From Candidatus Parcubacteria bacterium (GTDB lineage: Bacteria; Patescibacteriota; Minisyncoccia; Phycocordibacterales; SBAW01), in contig JAIFWM010000007.1 in assembly GCA_019661855.1 (NCBI GenBank), positions 1-32,362 on the forward strand: a stretch of DNA of 32,362 bases. The letters are read 5' to 3'. The notes beneath the pieces are model-generated. The model was not told where the DNA came from and searched no databases. It worked only from the letters and a program-made list of their open reading frames with translations. A program made the translations under genes and the position numbers. Below are positions 7,526 to 15,846 of the stretch, one piece after another. Every line of letters begins with the position of its first letter. The first letter of the stretch is position 1.

Positions 7526-9460
7526 ATGCCAGAAAACCAGCCTCCAAAGCCGCCGGTCCGCAAGCGCCGCCCTTTACCTAAATTGCCTCAAGGCGATAAC
7601 TTTTGGGTAAATTTGGCAACCTCAGTACTTTTACTCCTTTTGCTTGCTGGGGCATACACCTACTTTGTTGGGGGGCAAAAGGCTGCACCTGAAAATATCG
7701 CTATCTCGCAACTTGCGAGCGACATTAGTGCAGGCAAGGTGTCTACTATTAATGTAGACGGCGATGACCTTAAAGTCATTTACGCCGACAGCACCGAAAA
7801 GACATCTAAAAAAGAGCCTGAGGCCGCTTTGACCGAAACGCTCGCTAATTATGGTGTTCCTAAAGAGCAGTTAGACAAAGTTTCTATCGACATTACGCGC
7901 CAAAGTTCGTGGCAGTTTTGGTTGACCGCTCTCGCTCCCTTTGCCGCACCGGTACTTTTGATAGCATTCTTCGTATGGTATCTCTCGCGCCAAGTGCGCG
8001 GCGCGGGTATGCAGGCGTTTAGCTTCGGCCAATCGAAGCCACGAGTCATTGACCCTAACGACGCTGGACAAAAAGTGACGTTTAAAGATGTTGCTGGTGC
8101 TAAAGAGGCTAAGCAAGAGTTGTTAGAGATAGTCGACTTTTTGCGTAATCCTAAAAAATTCTTAGACATTGGTGCACGCATCCCAAAAGGAATTTTACTC
8201 ATGGGGGCAGCGGGTACGGGCAAGACCATGCTTGCTCGTGCAGTAGCAGGGGAGGCAGGAGTGCCATTCTTTTCAATCTCAGGGTCAGAGTTTGTTGAGA
8301 TGTTTGTAGGCGTGGGTGCAAGCCGCGTACGCGACCTCTTTTTAACTGCCAAGAAGGCGGCGCCTTCGATTATTTTCGTAGATGAGATAGATGCCGTAGG
8401 TCGCGTACGCGGCACAGGCGTAGGTGGTGGCAACGACGAGCGCGAGCAAACACTTAACCAAATTTTGGTTGAAATGGATGGCTTTGAACCAAATGAAAAA
8501 GTAATAGTCATGGCAGCGACTAACCGCCCCGATGTGCTCGACCCAGCCCTCGTGCGCCCCGGCCGCTTCGACCGCCGCGTAGTTATTGAACTCCCCGACC
8601 GCGGAGACCGTCTCGAAATTTTACAGATTCATGCGCGTCGCAAGCCTTTGGCCGAGGACGTAAACTTTAATGTCATTGCCGAGCGTACGCCGGGATTCTC
8701 GGGTGCAGACTTGGCTAACCTCATGAATGAGGCTGCTATTTTAGCCGCACGCGAAAACCGCAAGAGTGTTGCGCAGTTTGACCTCATCCGCTCGATAGAA
8801 AAAGTGATGCTTGGTCCTGAGCGTCGCTCGCACGTGCTCAATAAAAAAGAAAAGGAGATCACCGCCTACCACGAGGCAGGTCATGCACTCGTGGCGTCGG
8901 TGTTGCCGTATGCAGACCCCGTGCACAAAATCTCAATTATTTCCCGCGGTCGCGCTGCTGGCTACACACTTAAACTCCCGTTTGAAGATCGCAAGATGCA
9001 AAGCAAAAACGAATTTTTGGATGATATTGCTATGTCACTTGGCGGCTACGTAGCAGAGACGACTGTCTTTGGCGACCTCACGACTGGCGCATCAAACGAT
9101 CTTCAAGTGCTCACCGGCCTCGCACGCAACATGGTGACGCGCTATGGTATGTCAGAGAAGCTTGGTACCGTAGCGCTCGAAAGCGACGGTGGCCGTCCAC
9201 TCTTTGGCACCGGAGTAGAAGGGAGAGCATACTCTGAAAAAGTGTCTGCCGAAATTGACGCCGAAGTTAAAGCGATCATCGACCACGCGCATCACAAAGC
9301 GCAAACAATAATTAACGAAAAACGCCCGGCGCTTAATGCAATAGCCGAGCGATTGATGGAGGTAGAAACTATTGAGCGCGAAGAGTTTGAAAAGATTTTG
9401 ATAGCGCACGGCATTACGCCAAAGCAAAAAAAGGATATCGAGCACGCACCATTAGCGTAA
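7526..9460 (+). CDS. ftsH: ATP-dependent zinc metalloprotease FtsH
   Basis: 644-aa ORF with two N-terminal TM segments, Walker A GAAGTGKT, the AAA+ second region of homology and the HEAGH zinc motif. Confidence 0.97.
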   Translation: MPENQPPKPPVRKRRPLPKLPQGDNFWVNLATSVLLLLLLAGAYTYFVGGQKAAPENIAISQLASDISAGKVSTINVDGDDLKVIYADSTEKTSKKEPEAALTETLANYGVPKEQLDKVSIDITRQSSWQFWLTALAPFAAPVLLIAFFVWYLSRQVRGAGMQAFSFGQSKPRVIDPNDAGQKVTFKDVAGAKEAKQELLEIVDFLRNPKKFLDIGARIPKGILLMGAAGTGKTMLARAVAGEAGVPFFSISGSEFVEMFVGVGASRVRDLFLTAKKAAPSIIFVDEIDAVGRVRGTGVGGGNDEREQTLNQILVEMDGFEPNEKVIVMAATNRPDVLDPALVRPGRFDRRVVIELPDRGDRLEILQIHARRKPLAEDVNFNVIAERTPGFSGADLANLMNEAAILAARENRKSVAQFDLIRSIEKVMLGPERRSHVLNKKEKEITAYHEAGHALVASVLPYADPVHKISIISRGRAAGYTLKLPFEDRKMQSKNEFLDDIAMSLGGYVAETTVFGDLTTGASNDLQVLTGLARNMVTRYGMSEKLGTVALESDGGRPLFGTGVEGRAYSEKVSAEIDAEVKAIIDHAHHKAQTIINEKRPALNAIAERLMEVETIEREEFEKILIAHGITPKQKKDIEHAPLA

Positions 9461-9467
9461 AAAATTG

Positions 9468-9489
9468 AACCCCGACTAAGTCGGGGGTT
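9468..9489. terminator. hairpin at the ftsH 3' end; the T-run is better on the minus strand
   Basis: CCCCGA-ctaag-TCGGGG. It is followed on the plus strand by GTTGGAGGG (poor) and on the minus strand by TTCAATTTTTT (good). Confidence 0.4.
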
Positions 9490-9658
9490 GGAGGGAGTGA
9501 TTGTGTACAAGACACAGATATTCCTGTCTGGGTCCACCTGTTTTGCAGGTGCAATTTTGATCCAGCCAATCTGAGCGATGTTTGCGCGCCAAAATGCTGG
9601 CGAAACAGGTTTCTTGATCTTCTGTCGGTGGTGGAATAGTGAGAACGTGCGTGTCCAT
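9476..9658 (-). CDS. possible 60-aa hypothetical protein (weak call)
   Basis: An ATG is preceded by AAGCGAGGTCAC. The ORF lies between two hairpins oriented for minus-strand termination (9714-9753 upstream, 9468-9489 downstream). I recognise no family, and all three minus-strand frames are open here. Confidence 0.2.
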   Translation of the reverse strand: MDTHVLTIPPPTEDQETCFASILARKHRSDWLDQNCTCKTGGPRQEYLCLVHNHSLQPPT

Positions 9659-9713
9659 GTGACCTCGCTTGGGTTGAGCCTTCCAAATAAACTGTAACAC
9701 CTCTCGTTTAGAT

Positions 9714-9753
9714 AAAAAAGCAGAAACCCCGGCCGCGCGTGCGCGGCAGGGGC
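9714..9753 (-). terminator. intrinsic terminator after the amidohydrolase gene
   Basis: The minus strand reads CCCCTGCCGCGC-acgc-GCGCGGCCGGGG followed by TTTCTGCTTTTTT. Confidence 0.8.
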
Positions 9754-9764
9754 TCTCGTGTCGA

Positions 9765-10877
9765 CTAGTGACGATTGAAGCTGGGAAGTTTCCACCCCCA
9801 TGCTTCGTAGTCCCTAGTGAGGTTTGCTCTGATGCTGTCTAGATCGGTCTCGTTGAGCTTCTCACCGTGAGCGATCTTACTCAGCACTGCGATGTTGTAG
9901 TATCGCTCCTGATCCGCTAGTGAATCTATTTCGCGGACCAAGAGGGGACTCAAGGGTAGAGGCATGAACAAGTCATTGATATTGTCCGTGCCAAGGTAGA
10001 CTCGGACACCTGCGTGGAGCAGATACTTCACTCGAGCGATAGAACTGCGTGTCGGACCGGAAAGATGTCGCGGCTGACGCATAGATGCCGCTGCCCGTGG
10101 GCAGCAGATGACATCAATGTTGTTCTCCAACAAACCCCAGGTGAGCCTTTCGTAACGCTGCTCATCGTAGCCGGTTGGGGAGATCATGTGTACTGCTGCT
10201 ACTTTCGGGCGCTTTGCTTCCGGCAGGCTACTGGTAGAGAGGTAACGCACCGCTTGAATAAGACGTTCGGTGCCGTCCTCGGCTGGATTGTTGGTCTGGT
10301 CAACATGAACTTGAACAGGGATCTGATTGTCGATCGCGATTCCGATCAGAGTCGCAAGATGTCCATCGAATCCAATACGTTGTTTGTTCCAAGGACGGTG
10401 GTCACGTTCGGGAAGTCCGACCAAGAACTGGGCCCGTTTAGCAAGCTTTTCGATGAGTCTTTGTCTATCCGAATTGCGAGTCTTGAATCCGAAGATCGGA
10501 TACGCGCCGACATGAATGTCGTATTTCTTTCTTTTATACTTCTGCCTCAATTTGAGGCATGTCTCGAAGGATCTGCCTTCGATATCAGGGGAGCAGTCAG
10601 CGATAAGATTGAGACGTTTTTCACCAGCTTTCATCTTGGCTTCGATGAGCCAAGTGAGTCGTTCTTCCAGATTCTCCTTGGTGTAGGCAAGACCGCGATG
10701 TAGAACGCCGACCGTGATCTGTTTCACGGGAAGTGCTGCATCGATGAAGCCCTCGAGAGGACCTTGGTGTTCAAAATATTTTGCGTCGTAGGTGAAAGCT
10801 CTGTCGTGACAGTGCCAGTCTTGGAATCCTTCGGATGAAAGTGCCAAAGGAGGGCCGTCGTTTCCAAAGTTTGCCAT
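9765..10877 (-). CDS. cytosine deaminase-like amidohydrolase-superfamily protein
   Basis: Metal-ligand pattern: WHCHD (HxH), VQVHVDQ, VAAVHM and GTDNINDLFMPLP. The last aligns, from memory, with E. coli CodA GHDDVFDPWYPLG. I chose ATG 10877, preceded by AAGGAA; the ORF-track start is 10931. Confidence 0.75.
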   Translation of the reverse strand: MANFGNDGPPLALSSEGFQDWHCHDRAFTYDAKYFEHQGPLEGFIDAALPVKQITVGVLHRGLAYTKENLEERLTWLIEAKMKAGEKRLNLIADCSPDIEGRSFETCLKLRQKYKRKKYDIHVGAYPIFGFKTRNSDRQRLIEKLAKRAQFLVGLPERDHRPWNKQRIGFDGHLATLIGIAIDNQIPVQVHVDQTNNPAEDGTERLIQAVRYLSTSSLPEAKRPKVAAVHMISPTGYDEQRYERLTWGLLENNIDVICCPRAAASMRQPRHLSGPTRSSIARVKYLLHAGVRVYLGTDNINDLFMPLPLSPLLVREIDSLADQERYYNIAVLSKIAHGEKLNETDLDSIRANLTRDYEAWGWKLPSFNRH

Positions 10878-10957
10878 GCTTGATTCCTTTGCTATGAGAG
10901 GTCTTCCAAGAAGTGAGGGTAGCACAAGCAACTTTTTTTGGATAGAGTGAATGCACT

Positions 10958-11029
10958 GGGCGTGTAGCTCAATGGTAGAGCCCCCGTCTTATACACGGGT
11001 GGTTGAAGGTTCGAATCCTTCCGCGCCCA
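10958..11029 (+). tRNA. tRNA-Ile, anticodon UAU
   Basis: Cloverleaf: GGGCGTG ta GCTC aatggta GAGC c CCCGT CTTATAC ACGGG tggtt GAAGG ttcgaat CCTTC CGCGCCC a. The anticodon loop C-T-TAT-A-C gives TAT. CCA is not encoded. Confidence 0.85.
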
Positions 11030-11032
11030 CTA

Positions 11033-13198
11033 TTATTCAAAATGTATCTGTGCACTACGGGTAAGAGCCGTAGCCAGTAGGGGATGTTTGATTAACGTCT
11101 CGTCTTTTTTAATAAGTTCCACTGCTTCAGTACGAGCGGCTTCAACAAGTTTTAAATTTTTAAGCGCCTCCATACCAATGTCCGAGATGCCCCATTGTTT
11201 GCGGCCACTAAGTTCGCCAGGTCCGCGCTGCAAAAGATCTTGTTCGGCGAGCTCGAACCCATTTTTCGCAGTAATAAGCGCTTTGAGTCGCGCCATAGTC
11301 TGCTCGCCACGTGATTCAGGGCAAACAAAGCAATAGGCTTGATGGTTAGAGCGTACGACGCGACCGCGCAGCTGATGAAGTTGCGAGAGTCCAAAGCGCT
11401 CCGCTCCCTCAATAAATATCATCGTAGCGTTGGGGACGTTTACACCCACCTCCACCACGCTTGTAGCAACCAAAACATCAATCTCGTGGCTCAAGAACCG
11501 CTGCATCACATCGTCTTTTTCTTTCGGTTTCATTTTTGAATGCAAAATATCGATGTTGTAGTGAGGAAACACTTCTTTTTTAAGTCTTTTTGCCTCTTCT
11601 TTTACTGATTTTGCTTGAAGAGCAAATGCTTTCTCTGGGTCAGGCTCATCTATGCGCGGGCAAATCACGTACGCTTGGCGTCCAGCCTCGAGCTCTTTGT
11701 GCATATGCAGGTATGCTTTGTTGCGCGATTCAGGTTTAACAAGTTCAGTAATGACTCGTTTGCGCCCCGCGGGCATCTCATCAAGTAGCGTGAGGTCGAG
11801 GTCGCCGTAGACGGTAAGTGCTAAGGTTCGGGGAATAGGAGTTGCAGTCATTGAAAGGAGATGAGGCAGCCGCATTTCCTTTCTTGCTAATTTACGGCGT
11901 TGGTTGGTGCCAAAACGATGCTGCTCATCGATAACCACGAGGGCCAAATGTTTAAACTGCACCGCCTTTTCGATGAGTGCATGCGTGCCGATGAGTATAG
12001 GGATCTCGCCCTGGGCAACCCATTTTAAAAGTTGGGTGCGCGAAATAGAGGTAAATTTGTCTCGATTTATTTTGGAGGGAAATTTGTAGCACCCTGATCC
12101 AGTAATAAGTCCAATGTTAATGGGGAAGTAGTCGAAAAATTTAATAAACGACTCAAAATGTTGCTTAGCTAAAATTTCAGTGGGTGCCATGTAAGCAACT
12201 TGGAGCGTGCCAAAAGTTTGGTTCTCCGGTCGCGTGCGCACGGCCGCGTAAGCGGCCGTGGCCGCGACGGCAGTCTTGCCGCTTCCTACATCACCTTCGA
12301 GCAACCGCGACATAGGATGTCCTGAGCGCATGTCTTTGAGTATTATTTCGATTGCATTTTTTTGCGCCGCCGTTGCATCGAAAGGAAAAGACTTTATAAA
12401 ATCATTCATTTCTTTTTCTGGAGCGTCGACAGCAAAGCTTTTTTGGTGCGATTGAAGCATTCGTTCTTGTCCGCGCTCAAGTTGGATCATAAACACTTCC
12501 TCAAAGGCAAAGCGCTTGCGCGCAGCGTCAGCTTGCTTCAACTCTTTTGGGGTATGGACCCAAATTAAAGCCGTTTTAAGAGTGGGGAGGTTATATTTTT
12601 TTAAAAGTTCTGCAGGCAGGGGATCTTGAACCTCCTCTAACTGATCAAAAACTTTTTTAATTGCACTCCTAAACCAGAGCGAGCTCACTCCTCTGCTTTC
12701 TGGGTACACGGAAAAAAAATCTAGAATTGCGGTCTGGCCTGCTGAAGTCGCCTCCGAGGCGCCGGAAGACAGGAGACCCGAGGACTGCAATTCTGGATTT
12801 TTTTGGAGTGAGGGGTTTGCTAAGTAAAGTTTTCCGTTGCTTCCCGAGACTTTTCCTGTAGCTTTTACCAGCGTGCCCTCGGCATACATTTTGGCGATAT
12901 ATGGCTGGTTAAACCACATGCATTTAATACGCCCCGAGTTGTCGCGAATGTATCCTTCGGAGATAGGGATTTTACGCTTCCACGATTTTTTAGTTTCTAA
13001 CTTCTCGAGGGTGCCAATGACCGTTGCCTCTTGTCCTGCCACGAGGCCACTGACACTTGCTTCGTCGCCCGCTTGTTCGTAGCGAGCAGGGAGGTGGTAG
13101 AGGAGGTCGCGCAAAGTGTGGACCCCAAGTTTTTGCAGCGCACTCTTTTGCGACTCTACTAGTCGAAAGTGTTCAGACAATGGTTCGCTTAACCGCAT
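11033..13198 (-). CDS. recG: ATP-dependent DNA helicase RecG
   Basis: N-terminal wedge region, Walker A GDVGSGKT, a DEQH box and the QLRGRVVR motif. I prefer ATG 13198 (TATACT lies 6 nt upstream) over TTG 13216. Confidence 0.93.
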   Translation of the reverse strand: MRLSEPLSEHFRLVESQKSALQKLGVHTLRDLLYHLPARYEQAGDEASVSGLVAGQEATVIGTLEKLETKKSWKRKIPISEGYIRDNSGRIKCMWFNQPYIAKMYAEGTLVKATGKVSGSNGKLYLANPSLQKNPELQSSGLLSSGASEATSAGQTAILDFFSVYPESRGVSSLWFRSAIKKVFDQLEEVQDPLPAELLKKYNLPTLKTALIWVHTPKELKQADAARKRFAFEEVFMIQLERGQERMLQSHQKSFAVDAPEKEMNDFIKSFPFDATAAQKNAIEIILKDMRSGHPMSRLLEGDVGSGKTAVAATAAYAAVRTRPENQTFGTLQVAYMAPTEILAKQHFESFIKFFDYFPINIGLITGSGCYKFPSKINRDKFTSISRTQLLKWVAQGEIPILIGTHALIEKAVQFKHLALVVIDEQHRFGTNQRRKLARKEMRLPHLLSMTATPIPRTLALTVYGDLDLTLLDEMPAGRKRVITELVKPESRNKAYLHMHKELEAGRQAYVICPRIDEPDPEKAFALQAKSVKEEAKRLKKEVFPHYNIDILHSKMKPKEKDDVMQRFLSHEIDVLVATSVVEVGVNVPNATMIFIEGAERFGLSQLHQLRGRVVRSNHQAYCFVCPESRGEQTMARLKALITAKNGFELAEQDLLQRGPGELSGRKQWGISDIGMEALKNLKLVEAARTEAVELIKKDETLIKHPLLATALTRSAQIHFE

Positions 13199-13221
13199 GC
13201 GGTAAGTATAGCCCAAAGTAG

Positions 13222-13248
13222 AAAGCCCCGCGCGTACGCGGGGCTTTT
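13222..13248 (-). terminator. GC-rich hairpin terminator
   Basis: AAAGCCCCGCG-cgta-CGCGGGGCTTT, immediately downstream of the stop at 13252. Confidence 0.7.
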
Positions 13249-13251
13249 GTG

Positions 13252-13626
13252 TTAGTTAGATTCGGACAGATCGACCTCCATAATCGCGTACCCAACTTCC
13301 TCACCGGGAACATTGATGAAATGAATTTGGTAGATGTTAAGTTCGTAGAGTTTGCGTTGCTCGAGGTCGACCCAGAGTTCGGTATGGGCGCGTGAAATTA
13401 CGTAGCCCTCAAAGCTAAACCGTTCGCATCTCCCGTCTTCGTAAAGGTCCAAAAGTTTGTCCCCCTCCGCCTCGCTCTTTTTATAGGCATTTAATAGATC
13501 CATCGTGTGTTGAAACTCAACACAAGCAAGTCCCTCTATGTAGCTAACGTAGCTACCAACTTGCTTGCCGTCGGTGGCGTGGGCATTTATGGTGAACAGA
13601 GTGGTCAGTAGTGGTAACCATCGCAT
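13252..13626 (-). CDS. small secreted protein (paralogue 1), unknown function
   Basis: 124 aa with a signal peptide MRWLPLLTTLFTINAHA and two Cys. A strong SD (AAGGAGGAAGACC) precedes the ATG. The core aligns with the 13715-13978 product. Confidence 0.75.
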   Translation of the reverse strand: MRWLPLLTTLFTINAHATDGKQVGSYVSYIEGLACVEFQHTMDLLNAYKKSEAEGDKLLDLYEDGRCERFSFEGYVISRAHTELWVDLEQRKLYELNIYQIHFINVPGEEVGYAIMEVDLSESN

Positions 13627-13658
13627 GGTCTTCCTCCTTGGTTGCTCGGCATCCGCAG

Positions 13659-13684
13659 GGAGTATAACAAAAGCCCCGCGTGTG
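13659..13684 (-). terminator. GC-rich hairpin terminator
   Basis: AAAAGCCCCGCG-tgtg-CGCGGGGCTT, followed on the minus strand by TTTTGTT. Confidence 0.8.
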
Positions 13685-13714
13685 CGCGGGGCTTAAGAGG
13701 GTTTGGGTAAGGAG

Positions 13715-13978
13715 TCAGAGATTTTGTTCCGTGACAACGCCTTGAAAGTGGATCTTAATGCAAGGTCGTATGCCGTCCCCCGGGCGCTCATTATAAAAGT
13801 TAAAAAGAGCGTCTCCGATCTTTTTATTCTTGCCATACGCTGTGACAATGTTTATTGAGTTGTCGACATCATTGCAGACGATTTTGTTAGCAAATGGGAC
13901 AAAGGCCCCCACCTGTAATTCGTTGGCTTGCGCTCCCCATGAGAGGAGTGCAATCAGACTTGCTGTGTAGTACCGCAT
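13715..13978 (-). CDS. small secreted protein (paralogue 2), unknown function
   Basis: 87 aa from ATG 13978, which is preceded by AGGAGGTGATCC, a perfect anti-SD complement. The signal peptide is MRYYTASLIALLSWGAQA and there are two Cys. The ORF-track start 14104 would overlap the malic enzyme gene. Confidence 0.75.
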   Translation of the reverse strand: MRYYTASLIALLSWGAQANELQVGAFVPFANKIVCNDVDNSINIVTAYGKNKKIGDALFNFYNERPGDGIRPCIKIHFQGVVTEQNL

Positions 13979-14027
13979 AGGATCACCTCCTGGTTTGCGG
14001 TTGCGTCTACCGTGTATACTACCGCTA

Positions 14028-15182
14028 ATGGCAAAAAACGCTAACAACGAAAAAGCGATCGCATTACATAAAAAGTTAAAAGGCAAAATTACAATTTCCT
14101 CCACTATGCCTGTTAAAAGTCGTGAGGAGCTTTCTCTGGTATATACTCCCGGCGTTGCCGCAGTCTCGTCACTGCTTGCTAAAAATAAAAAGCTTGCGCG
14201 TGACTACACTATTAAAGGCAAAATGGTTGCAGTCATTTCTGACGGCTCTGCAGTGTTGGGCTTGGGCAACATCGGCCCTTATGGTGCACTGCCAGTCATG
14301 GAAGGGAAGTGTGCATTGTTTAAAACATTTGGAAATGTTGAGGCGTTTCCACTTGTGCTCGATACGCAAGATCCAGATGAAATTATCGAAACAGTAATGC
14401 GGGTCGCGCCTGTGTTTGGCGGGATTAATCTTGAGGATATCGCTGCGCCCAAATGTTTTTATATCGAAGAGGAGTTAAAGCGCCGTCTTGACATCCCCGT
14501 GATGCACGACGACCAGCATGGCACTGCAATAGTGGTGCTTGCCGCACTCATTAATGCGATGAAAGTGGTTGGAAAGGATTTAAATGACAAAAATAGATGG
14601 GTTGTCGTGAGCGGGGTGGGGGCTGCGGGTGTGGCGGTACTAAAACTCATTAAACTTTTTGCCCCTAAAGTGCAGATTATTGCAGTCGACAGTGAAGGGA
14701 TTATTGGCAAAGGACGTAAAGGCTTAACCCCAGTTAAAAAAGAGCTAATTAACAAGAAAATTATTTTTGCGGACAAGAGTGGGGACTTGGCCAAAGCGTT
14801 GATAGACGCAGATGTGTTTATTGGTGTTTCTAAACCAGGAGTATTAACGGGTGCAATGATAAAAGAGATGGCCCAAAAGCCAATCATCTTCGCCATGGCA
14901 AACCCAACACCTGAAATAATGCCCGATGAAGCAAAAAAGGCAGGTGCTGCTGTGGTAGGCACCGGGCGCTCCGACTTTGCAAACCAAATAAATAATTCGC
15001 TCGCGTTCCCAGGAGTGTTTCGTGGAGCACTCGACAACAGAGTAAACAAAATTACTGACCAAATGAAAATTAAAGCTGCTCAAAGTTTGGCTGCGTTAGT
15101 TAAAAAACCTACGGCAGAAAAGATTATCCCTGGACCCTTTGATAAGGGAATCGCCCAAGCGGTAGCAAGGGCGATTACGTAG
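14028..15182 (+). CDS. NAD(P)-dependent malic enzyme (short form)
   Basis: LVYTPGVA, VISDGSAVLGLGNIGP..ALPVMEGK, NLEDI..P.CF, HDDQHGTA and GVGAAG motifs. I chose ATG 14028, with TATACT 7 nt upstream. Confidence 0.92.
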   Translation: MAKNANNEKAIALHKKLKGKITISSTMPVKSREELSLVYTPGVAAVSSLLAKNKKLARDYTIKGKMVAVISDGSAVLGLGNIGPYGALPVMEGKCALFKTFGNVEAFPLVLDTQDPDEIIETVMRVAPVFGGINLEDIAAPKCFYIEEELKRRLDIPVMHDDQHGTAIVVLAALINAMKVVGKDLNDKNRWVVVSGVGAAGVAVLKLIKLFAPKVQIIAVDSEGIIGKGRKGLTPVKKELINKKIIFADKSGDLAKALIDADVFIGVSKPGVLTGAMIKEMAQKPIIFAMANPTPEIMPDEAKKAGAAVVGTGRSDFANQINNSLAFPGVFRGALDNRVNKITDQMKIKAAQSLAALVKKPTAEKIIPGPFDKGIAQAVARAIT

Positions 15183-15741
15183 CACTCGAGGACTCATATT
15201 TTGGGACGCATCCGTACTTTTTGCAGAAACACAGAACGGTCGTTTCGTTAAGTCGCGGCGTTAAGTCGATGACCATATTTTTGTCCACGTCGTGCTTGGG
15301 CATTCGCTGTGGACGGTTGTCTACCACACTCGCAATCCAGGCCACCAACTCACCAACGTCGCTATTTAAACTTGTTGGCTCTTTAGTTGGAGAGTTGACG
15401 TAGCTATTGGATTTGAGTTCAGATAAATCTTCGATCGTGAGGTCTAGATCCTCCGCTTCTCGCACCAACACGGCGCTGGCAAGCAACATGCAGGAGAATG
15501 GGACATTTATTTGCTGTGCGGCAAATAAAATTTGTAGGCCCAAAGTAACGTCAGAGGCATACTCTCGACACTCATCGACAAACTCGTTGATATCAGCGTC
15601 TTTAGAAAGATATTCTTTAGCCTTTAGATCTTCGGCTAATTTTCGCCACTCCTGTTCTTTGTGACGTTCAATCTTCAACTCGTCTTCGTCGTAACACCAC
15701 TTAGGTTCAGGTGCTCCCGAAGGAGCGTTTTGCGTGTTCAT
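15175..15741 (-). CDS. hypothetical acidic protein, no recognised domain
   Basis: 188-aa ORF with a strong SD (AAGGAGGAGCAC) before the ATG. Its 3' end overlaps the malic enzyme gene by 8 nt in convergent orientation. Confidence 0.65.
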   Translation of the reverse strand: MNTQNAPSGAPEPKWCYDEDELKIERHKEQEWRKLAEDLKAKEYLSKDADINEFVDECREYASDVTLGLQILFAAQQINVPFSCMLLASAVLVREAEDLDLTIEDLSELKSNSYVNSPTKEPTSLNSDVGELVAWIASVVDNRPQRMPKHDVDKNMVIDLTPRLNETTVLCFCKKYGCVPKYESSSAT

Positions 15742-15813
15742 GTGCTCCTCCTTGGGGCTTCATCTGCCTCTAATATAGCGAGTAAGTATTAAAAAAGATA
15801 GAATATGAAGGCA

Positions 15814-15840
15814 TGAAAGGCTGCGGGCTTTCATACGTCT
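15814..15840 (+). promoter_or_regulatory. candidate ECF-type autoregulated promoter
   Basis: TGAAAG-N16-CGTCT resembles ECF consensus promoters (TGAAAC-N16-CGT). The CGTC ends 7 nt before the sigma-factor ATG. Confidence 0.35.
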
Positions 15841-15846
15841 TCTCAT

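Noticed and set aside
7849-8511. 220-aa minus-strand ORF inside ftsH
   Set aside because: It is antisense to a gene with unambiguous FtsH motifs. Its product is low-complexity and Ser/Pro/Arg/Thr-rich, as expected for a shadow ORF.
10014-10703. 229-aa plus-strand ORF opposite the amidohydrolase gene
   Set aside because: The minus-strand frame carries the full amidohydrolase metal-ligand pattern. The plus-strand product has no recognisable features.
11005-11024. 20-nt block GAAGGTTCGAATCCTTCCGC identical to 18760-18779, considered as an att-like direct repeat
   Set aside because: Both copies are simply the T-arms of tRNA-Ile and tRNA-Ser. There is no integrase and no partial tRNA copy elsewhere in the window.
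13222-13684. Near-identical GC-rich palindromes (13222-13248 and 13659-13684, with a related one at 9714-9753), considered as a REP/MITE family
   Set aside because: Each sits directly after a stop codon, with a T-run in the direction of transcription. Ordinary intrinsic terminators explain them, and the similarity is limited to the G/C stem.
13979-14104. N-terminal extension of the small secreted protein ORF (track start 14104)
   Set aside because: ATG 13978 has a perfect AGGAGGTGATCC SD and gives a canonical signal peptide. The extension would overlap the malic enzyme start.
14459-15049. 196-aa minus-strand ORF inside the malic enzyme gene
   Set aside because: It is a shadow ORF of a clearly identified gene, with a low-complexity Ala/Ser/Pro-rich product.
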